The notes under the pieces are model-generated. The model saw nothing but the letters and a program-made list of their open reading frames with translations. It was not told the origin of the DNA and made no database searches. Shown here piece by piece: positions 33,674 through 44,509 of a DNA stretch of 64,000 bases. The stretch spans positions 44,172-108,171 of the forward strand of contig CAVYIL010000005.1 of the NCBI GenBank assembly GCA_963768325.1, written 5' to 3'. Each line of letters starts with the position of its first letter. Position 1 is the first letter of the stretch. Both the position numbers and the translations under genes were made by a program. This DNA is from an uncultured Flavobacteriaceae bacterium. GTDB lineage: Bacteria; Bacteroidota; Bacteroidia; Flavobacteriales; Flavobacteriaceae.

Positions 33674-34839
33674 TTCTTATCTCCCCAATCCTTGGCAATA
33701 TTAAAATTATTCTTTGAAAAGGTTAGTCTATCGACAAGTTTTAATATGTTAGCACCACCACCTGTTACCGCACAGAACCCTTCGGGTTTCGTTGCTTTGT
33801 AACCTTTATCATCTTTAATAAAAGTTTTTACTTTCTGTTCTATCTCTTCAAACTTATGCACAAACATAGTCTTAGCAATAGAAAGCAAACTGTATATTTT
33901 GAGAATATTTGTAATTTCTTTTTTATATTTTTTGTAATCATCTAGTACGGCATTATACACATCACGAACCTGTTGCTTTTTCGCATCAGTTTTGAATTTC
34001 ATTTCTGCATTTGTATAAACTTGTTTGATGTAGTCTTCAAAGTTTTTAAAGAATACTTTCATATCTATATCCGCAAGGGTTTGTCCTTGTCTAATAAAAG
34101 CATTAACGTTTGTTTCAAGTCGTTGACCCAATTCAGTTTTTTGTAATTGGTTAAGCACATTTGCAGGAACTTTTGTATCATTGATTTGTTTGATCAATGA
34201 AGTAACCATAGCATTTTCTTCCTTAGTGAAATTCAATACACCATCATAACTAGGTACATACGCATCGTTGAACCAAACATCTTTTGTCTTTTTGAAATTC
34301 TTTAAATCAATATTGAACGTTTGAGATAAACTGTCTATACTATTACCAACGTATTGAGTATGAATGACAATGCCCATCTTAGCAGTATTAATTTCTTTTC
34401 CTAGTTCAGAATCTTTTTCTATGGCATAGGTGATCGTGTTAGGTTTGAATGTTATATAACTTTTTTCGTCTATAGTATCGGTAGTCAAATCTCCAGGTGT
34501 GAACATCAAGTCACCTTGATAGATTCCTTTTTTAATTCCTAGTTTTGGTAGATACTTCAATGCAGTTTTTAATTTAACTTTGAGTTCGGGCATCTTGCCG
34601 TACCATTGATCATTATCTATATCTGCTTCGGTGTACATGAGTCGGGGGTTTGCTTTGAATAATGCTTTACCACTAACAAAGAATTTTCCGTTCTCTGGAT
34701 TAATACCAAAGAATATAGCAGGAGAATTATGAATTAAAATATATTTATCACCACATTTAATATAAAAGTTTTCATTCTTAGTTGTTATATCACATTCATC
34801 ATATTTTTCTTTTAGGGTCTTAACTGATTTTACTTTCAT
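33670..34839 (-). CDS. C-intein + C-terminal part of a DUF6267-like protein
   Basis: MKVKSVKTL..DITTKNENFY..LIHN|SPAIFFGINPENGKFFV, YQGDLMF, FKPNTITYA, PEGF, KLVDRLTFS. Confidence 0.85.
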   Translation of the reverse strand: MKVKSVKTLKEKYDECDITTKNENFYIKCGDKYILIHNSPAIFFGINPENGKFFVSGKALFKANPRLMYTEADIDNDQWYGKMPELKVKLKTALKYLPKLGIKKGIYQGDLMFTPGDLTTDTIDEKSYITFKPNTITYAIEKDSELGKEINTAKMGIVIHTQYVGNSIDSLSQTFNIDLKNFKKTKDVWFNDAYVPSYDGVLNFTKEENAMVTSLIKQINDTKVPANVLNQLQKTELGQRLETNVNAFIRQGQTLADIDMKVFFKNFEDYIKQVYTNAEMKFKTDAKKQQVRDVYNAVLDDYKKYKKEITNILKIYSLLSIAKTMFVHKFEEIEQKVKTFIKDDKGYKATKPEGFCAVTGGGANILKLVDRLTFSKNNFNIAKDWGDKK

Positions 34840-35428
34840 TAATCAATTCCTGTATTTTGTCCTTGACAACTAAGAATCTTTTGTATTCCATTGAATTTAA
34901 AAATTCTTCTTCTGTCTTTTCTCTCTTTATACTATTTATAAATTTAGCACACCAACAAATATTATCAATACCACCTATAACTTCTGGTGGAATATTATTT
35001 TCAAATCCTTTTATTATAGATGTTTTATGATCTATTGTTGCATATGTGAACATGTTATAATCATATTCCTTATTATTATTTATATTTAAATTTGTATAGA
35101 AACATTCTTTTGGGGGTGAAAGTTTCTTTTTAGATTTATTAGTATATTTTAAAACAAGAAATCTGTATTCCAAAAAATCTTTTTTATTCTCATCTAAAAC
35201 CCTTTTACCTTTTATATATTCCAGTATAGAAAAATCTTTTGTTGCAAACGGGTTACATTTTTTCCCGTTTGTTCTTTTCATATTTTTTATGTGTTCTTCT
35301 GATAATCCAATATTTTTAACACCGTATTTTTCTATACAAGTGTTTTCTATTTTTTTCAATTTTCTTATAGATGCGTTTTCTTCTTTTGTTTCTGAAATAT
35401 AATCTTTCAATTTCTTTAACATCATCAT
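34820..35428 (-). CDS. HNH homing endonuclease lying between the intein halves
   Basis: TCIEKYGV, TIDHKTS..IGGIDNICWCAKFINSIK; clear paralogue of 4114-5001. Confidence 0.75.
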   Translation of the reverse strand: MMMLKKLKDYISETKEENASIRKLKKIENTCIEKYGVKNIGLSEEHIKNMKRTNGKKCNPFATKDFSILEYIKGKRVLDENKKDFLEYRFLVLKYTNKSKKKLSPPKECFYTNLNINNNKEYDYNMFTYATIDHKTSIIKGFENNIPPEVIGGIDNICWCAKFINSIKREKTEEEFLNSMEYKRFLVVKDKIQELINESKIS

Positions 35429-35927
35429 TTTCTGTTAGATTTTTTGCTTCTACCCATCCACGATTGGTTGTATAGAATTCATGGTCTTCTGTTACTTTTA
35501 TTTTTTCACCATTTTCCATTTCTACTTCAACCCAGGTTTTTCCATTATCATTTATTCTAGGTTGAATTGCCTTTTCATAAGAATCAACATTATTTTTTAT
35601 ATCACATGTTAATACTACATTATCTATCCCATTTTGAAATTCTTCTATTATCTTCTTAATGGTTTTATCACCATCTTTTGTTTTTATAATAGTATCTTCA
35701 TGGATACATCCATCCCACTTCATTGTAACATTAACATCTTTTTGTTTTGCTTTTCCTGTTAATTGTTTTTGTAAATCTTTTATTATATCTATTGCTCGTT
35801 TAAGTTCCTTTGCTCCACCTAGAGATAGTTGTTCTAGATGAAGTTGATGTAGATTGCTTTCATTAATATATTTATTAAATCCATTAAAGTTTTCAGATAC
35901 GTATTTTTTGAATGAAAGCAACTTCAT
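35316..35927 (-). CDS. N-terminal part of the DUF6267-like protein + N-intein
   Basis: NLHQLHLEQ, VTMKWDG|CIHEDTIIKT (block A), IKVTEDHEFYT (block B), GWVEAKNL. Confidence 0.88.
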   Translation of the reverse strand: MKLLSFKKYVSENFNGFNKYINESNLHQLHLEQLSLGGAKELKRAIDIIKDLQKQLTGKAKQKDVNVTMKWDGCIHEDTIIKTKDGDKTIKKIIEEFQNGIDNVVLTCDIKNNVDSYEKAIQPRINDNGKTWVEVEMENGEKIKVTEDHEFYTTNRGWVEAKNLTENDDVKEIERLYFRNKRRKRIYKKIEKNRKHLYRKIRC

Positions 35928-36698
35928 ATTATCCCCTTAGATTTTAATTCTCTTTCTAAATTTCGTATAGTTTTTTGTCTATAATTTATTCTAATTAAAT
36001 CTATATTATTATTTATACTAAAAATATTCTTTATCTCGTCATTTCTCTTAGTTATGTTATGTGTTTTTATTATATCATCTTTGGACATATTAGAGTTTCC
36101 AAAATTTGTTGGTTTAAAATGTTGCACTCCATCATATTCTATTAATATATTATGACTTGGTAAATAAAAATCATAACGTAATGATGCAGTGTTATTATCA
36201 TTTCTTAATGTTTTAAACGTTTTTTGTTTTTCAAAATGTATAGATTTTTTTTGTAAGTACTCTTCTATTAAAATTTCGTTTTTAGAAGTCGAACATTTTT
36301 TACAACCTTGAGTTCTCATATGATCTACAGATGTTTGTTTGAACTTACCATGTATTTTACATATAATAATTAATGGTGTTTTGGAATCTATATATTTTAC
36401 TTTTGAGTAATCGTATCTATTTCCATGAATATCAAAAAATTTTTTTAATACCCCTTCTTGTGTTGTTCGTTTACTGTTATCTCTATTTATTTTTCCACAA
36501 ATGGGACATCCCTGCCCCTGTGAGTGCACATCGGGTCTTTGTAAAAAATCATAATTATGTAATTTACAAGTGATAATAACGTTTATGGTACTTTTATTAT
36601 ATATTACTTTTGAATAGTCGTATTTATTTTTATGTTTTAAAATAGATTTTTCTATAAAAGAATTACAACGTTTCTTTCTTTGATGTGTATGGGTTCAT
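35924..36698 (-). CDS. Homing endonuclease with DUF723/CapR-like Zn repeats and a Vsr-like PD-(D/E)XK domain (indel near start)
   Basis: HGNRYDYSKVKY..IICKIHG..GCKKC, LRYDFYL..LIEYDGVQH; ATG 36698 with GGAG RBS. Confidence 0.82.
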
Positions 36699-37285
36699 TG
36701 ATTTCTCCGTATAATTAGATTGTAGCGTCACCTACACTATTATTTATATTAGAAAGAACAGGAAATGCAAAAATTACGGAGAATCTTTACACTTTCGGTG
36801 TGACGACCTATCCTGCAATAGTATTTATGATATTTGAAAAATGAAGTTGATGGGTGTTTGCTTCTACTACATATATGTAGTCCTCTGAAAGATATTTCTT
36901 AAACGATTTTATTTTCACTTAAATCCCCAAAGTTTTTTTAATGATGCCGATTCTTTTTTGTAACCAACTTTTTCTAATACCATAAGTGCTATTGTAAGAC
37001 CTTCATCAAGTCCCCACTCAATTTCACTACCAACTTTACTGATAAACTTAACATCGACTTCTCCATAAGCAGGAGAAACCTGTGCCCATTTCATTCCTAG
37101 TTCTTTCAACATCTGTTCGTTTTCGGTGTGTCCATTTATATCTTCAAGTATAGAGTAAGCATAAGCAACGGCACTAATAGGATCTTTTTTAGATTTTGTT
37201 AAAACAGTTTTAACATATTTGTCCATCCCTTTAACAAGAACCCATTCGTTTAATTGTTCTAGATTTATAATATCTTCAAAGTTTT

Positions 37286-38084
37286 TCATTTTACGGTCAC
37301 TCCTATATCTTTTAAATTGCCGCCTCGTACTAATATCTTAACAGAACCGAAAATTTTATCTAATCCCTTCCTTACTGTATCACGTAAAGGATCAAAATCA
37401 TCTTTTGTTTTTATTGTTTTGAATTGTTTGCTCAAGTCAACTTTGAATTTGTTGATTCCATTATCTAGGTTTGATTGTATTGTCTTTTGAAAAAATTCTA
37501 TTATCTTATTTACCTTTTCAAAGTTTTTATTTAATTTATTTCTTAGTGTCTCGAAATCTTTTTGGTTTTTTAGAGGGGATGCTACCAACCTAGAGTATGC
37601 ATCATAATCGTCTGCTAACAATGCATTTCTTACTCTTGTTGCTGATACGTTATTCAAATTATCTGCACGAGGAATTTCCTTTACAATCACTTCTGCGTTC
37701 GAGTTCACCACTATGTTTTTCTATATCATCTTGATAAGTTGCAACCCTATCAGTTCCTGCTATGATGGTAACAGGTTTATCGTGAGTCATAATATTAAAC
37801 TTAGGAATTATTTCATACACCTTTGCATTAATCCACTCCAACACTTTAACATTGGAAGGAACAAACTTTTTAATTATCTTGACTCTTTCTTTTCCTGTTA
37901 AAAAGTTTTTGGGTTCGTTACGTGACTTGAAACCTTCAACGATAACTACATATAAGGTTTCATATCCCTTTGCTTGCTCTTTAATAATTTGTTCATGCAA
38001 ACGAGTCGGTGGTTGTAACCGTCCAAAGAAAAAGGCAATACCTTTACTTTCCTTTTCGTTTATATACTGTCTAAACCTTTTCAT
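37286..38084 (-). CDS. Cytidylyltransferase-like nucleotidyltransferase (one indel)
   Basis: FFGRLQPPTRLH, IIAGTDRV, VSATRVRNAL; N-terminus MKRFRQYINE; late promoter 38126-38133. Confidence 0.85.
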
Positions 38085-38223
38085 ATGTAGATTCCCTTGA
38101 TCAGAGAATTTATAAATACTATAATTATTTATACTAAAATTCCCTCTATTCTTTTATCTCGTAGAGAATTAACTGTCTTTACGTTTCCCACATCATCGTC
38201 ATAAAACTTGATTTTTTTAAATT

Positions 38224-38877
38224 TCATTTTATCCACTTTAAATTTATTCTTTCCACACCTTTGTTACTTGCTTTGGATTCGTTTTCTATATGTTCCCCCG
38301 CCAATACTTTATATTCTGGTTGATCCATTGTTGGGTCTATCGTTACTGCTTTTAAATAAAACTTTTTTGCTTGTTTAAATTTTCCCTTTTCATAATAAAT
38401 AAAGGATAAGTTTAATAAAATTAATGGATTGTCTTTCCTAGCACCTAGTGCCATTTTATAATACTTTATTGCTAAATCATCTTGACCAACAATATAATAC
38501 ACATTAGCAATATTATTAAAAACATTCCAATCTTTTTTTGTTTTTAAAGAACTTATAAAATATTGAATTGCTATTGGATAATAATAATTTTCTGCATATA
38601 GTATTCCTACTTCATTATATGCCGTTGCCATATTGGTTGCCGATTCTAGAATTTCATCTGAAAATCTTTTAAGATATTCTTCTTTTTCTTTAAGAAGTCT
38701 TTGGATATCCTTAGTGTTTTTGTCTATAAGTTTTTTATAGTCAAACTCAATTGTAAAATGTTCCTTCTTCGTTAATAGTTGCTGATGGATAACTTTCCCA
38801 AGATTCGTGTACATCTATAACTGTTCAAAGAACTATATAGAAATGATACTAATAATAGAAGGAAGACAATCTTCATT
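38224..38877 (-). CDS. TPR protein with a probable signal peptide (indels near 5' end)
   Basis: AYNEVGILY, VFNNIANVY, ILLNLSFIYYEKG..AKKFYLKAVTIDP; upstream frame MKIVFLLLLVSFLYS. Confidence 0.75.
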
Positions 38878-39360
38878 TTTTTCCTTCTGCCTTCTTTCTC
38901 CATTTTAACTAATCGGGTATAGTAATCTTTCAATTCTGATAAGTGATCCATAGCAATCTCTATAGCAGTTGCCATATTATTTGTATGTTCAAACTCCACC
39001 TCTGCTCCCATCCTCAATTCTTTGGCATCAAAGTCTGATGGTTTAGCATGATCTCCTATACCACCTTCAATACCATCAATGGGATCTGTTTCCATATCTT
39101 TTATTGTTTCCTTGTAGTTCTGAATCTTTGAACCATTTCTTTTTCTCTGATAAATAATCTTTAAATGTCATGTATGACTCCTTTAATCCTAATGATTTTT
39201 TTAGCACCCCTGTTACAAGAGCATAGTACTTGTCCCCATCTTCTTTGGTGAGTTCGTATTGTTTTTTAACAATCCCTTCTGCTTTCTTATACAGGTCTTC
39301 AACTTCCTTTTCTGATTTTCCCGATTTCTCCGCAAAACTTTTTATCATTGGTGCTGGCAT
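38772..39360 (-). CDS. T4-like small virion protein followed by a DUF5661-like domain (possibly one gene with an indel)
   Basis: MPAPMIKSFAEKSGKS..YYALVTGVLKK; ELRMGAEVEFEHT..EIAMDHLSE..YYTRL. Confidence 0.6.
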
Positions 39361-39655
39361 AATTAATCCTCTATATAATTTTCGGAATCGATCTCATTAC
39401 TAGCAACAAGATGAATTGCATTATGCCCAATTTCTTCTAACGTATGAAGTATATGGTGAATCTCTTGTGCTTCGAGTTCTATTCCCATCTTTTCTGCGAA
39501 GTGACTTATAGTTGCTATTGTTATAGCACCTGTTAATCCGACTTTAGTTAAAACTTTTTGAGCAACATCAAATGTACTACCCTTTAGTTTTCTTTTAACT
39601 TTATTTATCATGTCTTTAATTTTACTTTCTTGTAAATAATTTTCAAAAGTATCCA

Positions 39656-40009
39656 TTAATCTTCACCTTTCTTAGATTCTCTATTATCAATATAAAATAT
39701 TCTACTGTTCCAATAATCTTTTGCAGTAATCCTACAACGTTTTCCGTTTCCCAATTTTCTTAAATGAATGTACCCAAACGTAAGACTTATAATAACATAA
39801 GTTTCACCATCCAATTGTATTTTACCACCTTCGGCAGAATATGTTTTTTTGTCTATTCGCATCTTAAAATATAAAAACATATTTTGAGCAAAGTCAGATA
39901 TTATATCTTTAAATAATATAACAACAAACAAAGCAAGACCACCTTTATATAATATTTGAATTAATTGTCTTGTTAATTCGGGCAACTGTTGTGTTATTTC
40001 GGGTGACAT
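39656..40009 (-). CDS. Small membrane protein resembling the MscS TM + beta domain
   Basis: TM segment then FKDIISDFAQN..GGKIQLDGETYVI. Confidence 0.5.
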   Translation of the reverse strand: MSPEITQQLPELTRQLIQILYKGGLALFVVILFKDIISDFAQNMFLYFKMRIDKKTYSAEGGKIQLDGETYVIISLTFGYIHLRKLGNGKRCRITAKDYWNSRIFYIDNRESKKGED

Positions 40010-40027
40010 GATTTATCCTACTATTAT

Positions 40028-40971
40028 TTATCTAAAACAGGAGTACAGTTTTGAATAAAAATCCTCATAATCTTCTTTCGTATGATACCCATAACAAGTT
40101 ATGTAGTCGGGATTGATACATTCTATTTCAGAAATTAGAGCATCCGCACCATCACCAACTATATCGACTCTTATATAGTACGCAGGATAGTATTTATTAA
40201 ATTCTTCAAAAACTTTTTCACACAATTTGGTTTCATACTCTGATGGAACATATTTTTCCATTGTACTACCTTTCGATGTTGCTATTATCGTTCCCTTAAT
40301 ACAATCTTTTGGGGAATCGTTCTTCTAGCAATAGATACCTTACCATTCACAACAGCAATTTTCTTTTCACGTCCTTCGGCAAACTTCTCGTTGAACGGTT
40401 GGCACATAATTCCCTGTTTAATAGTATTATTTTCTTGACAATATTTTTTGTAGTATTCTTTTTTATCTTCTGTTGTCATATCTTCTATCTTAATAGCACC
40501 ATTAGCACGTTCACTACTCAAAGGTTTAAGTAATAAATCTCCTGTTAAGGATAGCATTTTTTCTAGTGTGTTTATATTCTCTGTCGGGAGTAATGGAAGA
40601 TCGGTATTGTTTTGTAGAGTATAAACATAATCCTTTGATAGATTTTCCAACATACTATTAATTGGATTTATAAATTTTATATCACAATCTTTTATAACAT
40701 TTAAAAACTGCACAAACTTTAATTTGTTTTCTCCTAAACAAGAGATAAAATCAAAAAACATATAATCTAATATGTTCAAGTCTGTATTGATTTGAATGTT
40801 TTTCCTAACATCAAACATTTCAAGATTATTATAAGGTTCTATTACATAGATGTTATCTGTTGTATTTTCTATTAGATAATTTATGAACCCAACTGGTTCT
40901 TGGGGTTGCCTATGGTTTAAATGTAATTTTCCATCTATAATATTATGCCCACTTACTATTGCTATATTCAT
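40028..40971 (-). CDS. ATP-grasp peptide ligase (GshB/RimK-like), one indel
   Basis: FINP..NLSKDY, LLLKP, MCQPF, then YIRVDIV..ISEIECINP in ORF 40028-40261. Confidence 0.75.
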
Positions 40972-41626
40972 TTATTATTTCCTTCGATAATATATCTGAT
41001 GGGTCTAAGATAGTATCTGTTTTTTTAACTACTAATGGAATTTCTGTGCATCCCATTATTATTACTTTTGCTCCCTTCTCTTTTAGATGGTCTATTGCTA
41101 CGGAAAACATTTCTCTCGCCCTATTATGTTTATTCCCTTTAACACACAGTATCGCTTCCATCACCATATCTTGATAAACACTATCTGGTATTATTGTATC
41201 TATGTGTTGTGAATAAATATTTTTTTCTATTGTTATGTTTGTTGCTAACAACCCTACTTTTTTAATTCTGTTTTTCTTTATGTATTTACACATCACTTCA
41301 ACCATATCAATTATAGGAATGTTGCTCATTCCCCTAACATCATTTATAAAATAATGTACTGTATTACACATCATGACAATTTCACTTACATCACATAGTT
41401 CCATTTTCTCAATTATTTTTTTGAATTCAAAAAATAAATCATTTGAATCATTATTGATAATTGCTTCAATTCTATTAGGAATTTTTGGGAGATTAAATAG
41501 TATGAACTGAATATGGTCTTGATCTTTTTTACAAAGAGTATTATTTCTAATGAGATTGTTGCAGAAATTTATCCCTGCTTCTGGTCCCATTCCACCGAAA
41601 ACACCCAAGATTTTATTCTTATTCAT
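40943..41626 (-). CDS. Aspartate/glutamate racemase
   Basis: GVFGGMGPEA, DQDH, CNTVH, VGLLAT, GCTEIP (two catalytic Cys). Confidence 0.92.
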   Translation of the reverse strand: MNKNKILGVFGGMGPEAGINFCNNLIRNNTLCKKDQDHIQFILFNLPKIPNRIEAIINNDSNDLFFEFKKIIEKMELCDVSEIVMMCNTVHYFINDVRGMSNIPIIDMVEVMCKYIKKNRIKKVGLLATNITIEKNIYSQHIDTIIPDSVYQDMVMEAILCVKGNKHNRAREMFSVAIDHLKEKGAKVIIMGCTEIPLVVKKTDTILDPSDILSKEIINEYSNSKWA

Positions 41627-42494
41627 ATATCTTTAATTTGTCTACTTCATACCACTCTTTAAATGTTATAAACTTTTTATTTGATATAATTTCACAAAAT
41701 GTTTTTGATTTTTCTGAATTAATCTTATTAAAATTTACGTTAATTGAACCCCATATTGGTTTATAGTGTAATGACCTCATAGAAGGAACTAACATAGTCT
41801 GACCAGTAGTATGAAGTTTTTCTCCAATTTCTTTTCTTATTCTTAATGGGTTGAAGTCTATATTTTTATCACTAGAGTAAGATACACTTTCTAACATATC
41901 TTGAAAGTTGGATATTCCTTTTAATACTTTACTAACGTTTTCTCTTCTTTTTTCTGATGCGTTATATCCTTCCATTTCTTTTTTATCTTTTTCGTGATTT
42001 TTTTCTTTACCTCTTAGAAACACTAGATGGTTTGTTCTAATACTATAATTATCTTTTTTTATTTGTTCTGTCTCTATAATAAAATCTTCTTCATTTTCTC
42101 TATCCAAAAAAACACCCTCAACCATATAACATTTTTCGGAATTAAACACAAGTGTGCTTCCTTGAATTTGACTTTCTTGAATAACTTTTAAGGATTTTTC
42201 GATATCTTTTTCTAATAAAGCATCTCGTATTTTTTTGGCATCTCCATCATATTTTTTTGGTTTTACATTGCCTGTAGATCCTTCAGAAATAGAAACTAAT
42301 GAAGTATGTAAAATGCTTATACCAAATTCGTTTAACCCTTCAGTATATTTTGATTTTTCATCCCAAATATATAATCTCTGAACGTCATTTTTATTAGATT
42401 GTTTTATAGTAATTTCTGGTTTGTATTTTCTATCTCTATTTTTTACACCTACCCATCCAGTACCTTTAAAATATTTTACAACCATAACGCACAT
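41619..42494 (-). CDS. N-terminal-Cys Ntn hydrolase (C45/NRDE-like)
   Basis: Cys2 nucleophile, KNRDR, EGLNEFG, RTNH; late promoter 42514-42521. Confidence 0.75.
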   Translation of the reverse strand: MCVMVVKYFKGTGWVGVKNRDRKYKPEITIKQSNKNDVQRLYIWDEKSKYTEGLNEFGISILHTSLVSISEGSTGNVKPKKYDGDAKKIRDALLEKDIEKSLKVIQESQIQGSTLVFNSEKCYMVEGVFLDRENEEDFIIETEQIKKDNYSIRTNHLVFLRGKEKNHEKDKKEMEGYNASEKRRENVSKVLKGISNFQDMLESVSYSSDKNIDFNPLRIRKEIGEKLHTTGQTMLVPSMRSLHYKPIWGSINVNFNKINSEKSKTFCEIISNKKFITFKEWYEVDKLKIYE

Positions 42495-42524
42495 AGATTA
42501 TCTCCTATACATATATTTATATAC

Positions 42525-42566
42525 AAAAAAGGACTAGGATTCTCAAAAATGAAAACCCTAGTCCTT
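42525..42566 (-). terminator. Terminator after hsp20
   Basis: AAGGACTAGG...CCTAGTCCTTTTTT. Confidence 0.75.
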
Positions 42567-42594
42567 AGATTATAAACTATTTATGAAGTAATTT

Positions 42595-43044
42595 TTATTT
42601 TACTTCAAAGGTATAATTTTTTGGTTTTGATTCTTCTCTTACAGGAACATTTACAAGTAAGACACCCTTGTCAAGGGTTACTGATATCTTTTCAATATCA
42701 TACTTTTCAGATAACTTGTATTCCAAGTGTATTGACTTTTCAGATAACTTTCTGCAAATGTAGTGTTTATTAACATCGTCTTCTTTTTTCTTATCAACAA
42801 CAATTTTTAAAATACCATCACTTGCTCCGACTTCAATGTCCTTCTTATCAGCACCTGTAGCACTAACCTCAAAGGTCAATGAACCATTATCTTCATTGTA
42901 ATAAATGTTGTGTGCATACGGAAAGAACTTATCTGTTGTTTTAGTAGATGTAAATTCTTCCAACGCATCATCAAATGGTTTCATAAAAAGTTTATCTAAA
43001 AGATTGTTTAGATAGATAGGTTGTAGATTAAAATAATTTTCCAT
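42595..43044 (-). CDS. Small heat-shock protein (Hsp20)
   Basis: FPYAHNIY, FEVSATGADKKDIEV, LDKGVLLVNVP. Confidence 0.9.
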   Translation of the reverse strand: MENYFNLQPIYLNNLLDKLFMKPFDDALEEFTSTKTTDKFFPYAHNIYYNEDNGSLTFEVSATGADKKDIEVGASDGILKIVVDKKKEDDVNKHYICRKLSEKSIHLEYKLSEKYDIEKISVTLDKGVLLVNVPVREESKPKNYTFEVK

Positions 43045-43240
43045 AGTTTCTCCTAGTCCCTTTCGGTGACTTTATTATAATTTTGGAATTCCTTTCGGTT
43101 ATTCCTTATGTAATAGTAAGCATATTTTATGCCAACTTTTATATGTAATTATTTATCTTTTTTGGATTTATTTAAAAAATGACTTACCCATCGGTGAATC
43201 AAAATGCCACATTTAAAAATCAATTTAATTATTAAGTGTA

Positions 43241-43459
43241 TCATTTTATCCATGTTGTAAGTTCAGTTGGTAGTATATCGGAACAATAATACCCATATTC
43301 CAATAAAATACACTTGACTATTTGTTTCATACGATCACTATTGCCTGTTATGATCCTTAACATAATAGGATCTCCCCGATGTTCTTCTATGATCTGAATT
43401 AAAACCGCAGACACGTCTGCGTGTTTGATTTCATGTAAGTCCAATTCTAATCCACTCAT
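43241..43459 (-). CDS. Smr-like domain protein
   Basis: LDLH, LRIITGNSDRMK. Confidence 0.65.
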   Translation of the reverse strand: MSGLELDLHEIKHADVSAVLIQIIEEHRGDPIMLRIITGNSDRMKQIVKCILLEYGYYCSDILPTELTTWIK

Positions 43460-44509
43460 GTCATACCCTAAAACAAAGAAGTTTCTTTTTTAGGTCTTCC
43501 CCTTCTTTTCTTTTTAGGTTCATCATCATCTCCACCGACAACATCACCATTCTTGTCTTTTTCAACAAAAATATTATATGGTTTCCAATTTGGATCAACA
43601 GGTTCATCCTTCGGAGCATACTGATTTTCTCGCATAGCAGTTGCCATTTCAATGACTTCTTTTTTCTTTAAATCAAAACAATCAATATCTTTTGATTCTT
43701 TTATAGTACCATCAATATTTCTATATATTTCCTTATCGTGTATAAGGTTATACCTATTGCGTTGCCCCTTTACAGAAACAACATCTATAAAAGAATCTTT
43801 AAATTCCTTTATTGACAATGCCCATGTCATGGGTTTAAGATCATTGGGTTTCTTAACTGCTTCAAATATATCTCCACTCATATTTTTTCTATCTCCTTCA
43901 ATGTTTTGGTTTTATCCCTACTGACTTTTGGATTGTCCGAAAGGGGGAATTCTAATCCTGTTTCAACAATTTCAAATTCCTTTATTATAATTTTATCTAA
44001 ATCTTTTTCATGTATTCCTCTATAAGAACCATACGTTCTCAGTTGATGTTTACATTGGTTCATCCAATTCTTTATCCCACCTATACCATGATAGGTTTTT
44101 CTAAATGGTTTTCCATCTAGAAACATCTGATATAATTTTGTGGACTTTCCCCTACCTAATGATACTGCCATGTTGCCTACAAAATATTTTTAACAATATA
44201 CAGTACATTAAAAAATAGGAAGATTCCTATTATAATCAGTACACCGAGTTTTACTTTATTATCATTTTTTTCTAAAAACTTTTTTGGTTTTTTCTTCCTA
44301 GTCATAATTTTTCTACCTCTTTACATATAGTTAATTTATCAATTCTTTTTTCTAATTTTTCTACCTTCTTTAGAAGTTTATCATATTCTTCTCTTGAGAC
44401 ACTATCGTCTTTCCATACTAAATCCGATGCAGATACTACATCGGAAAGTCCCGTACCTTTACCTGTACCGTTTGATATCGTGATAAACCCACCATCGATC
44501 TTATGATTA

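Noticed and set aside
38224-38877. TPR protein as the receptor for the C-terminal EIEKL tag (by analogy to EEVD/SKL-binding TPRs)
   Set aside because: It appears to have an N-terminal signal peptide and lies in the late-gene block, so it is probably exported and separated from cytoplasmic accessory proteins. Not excluded, but unsupported.
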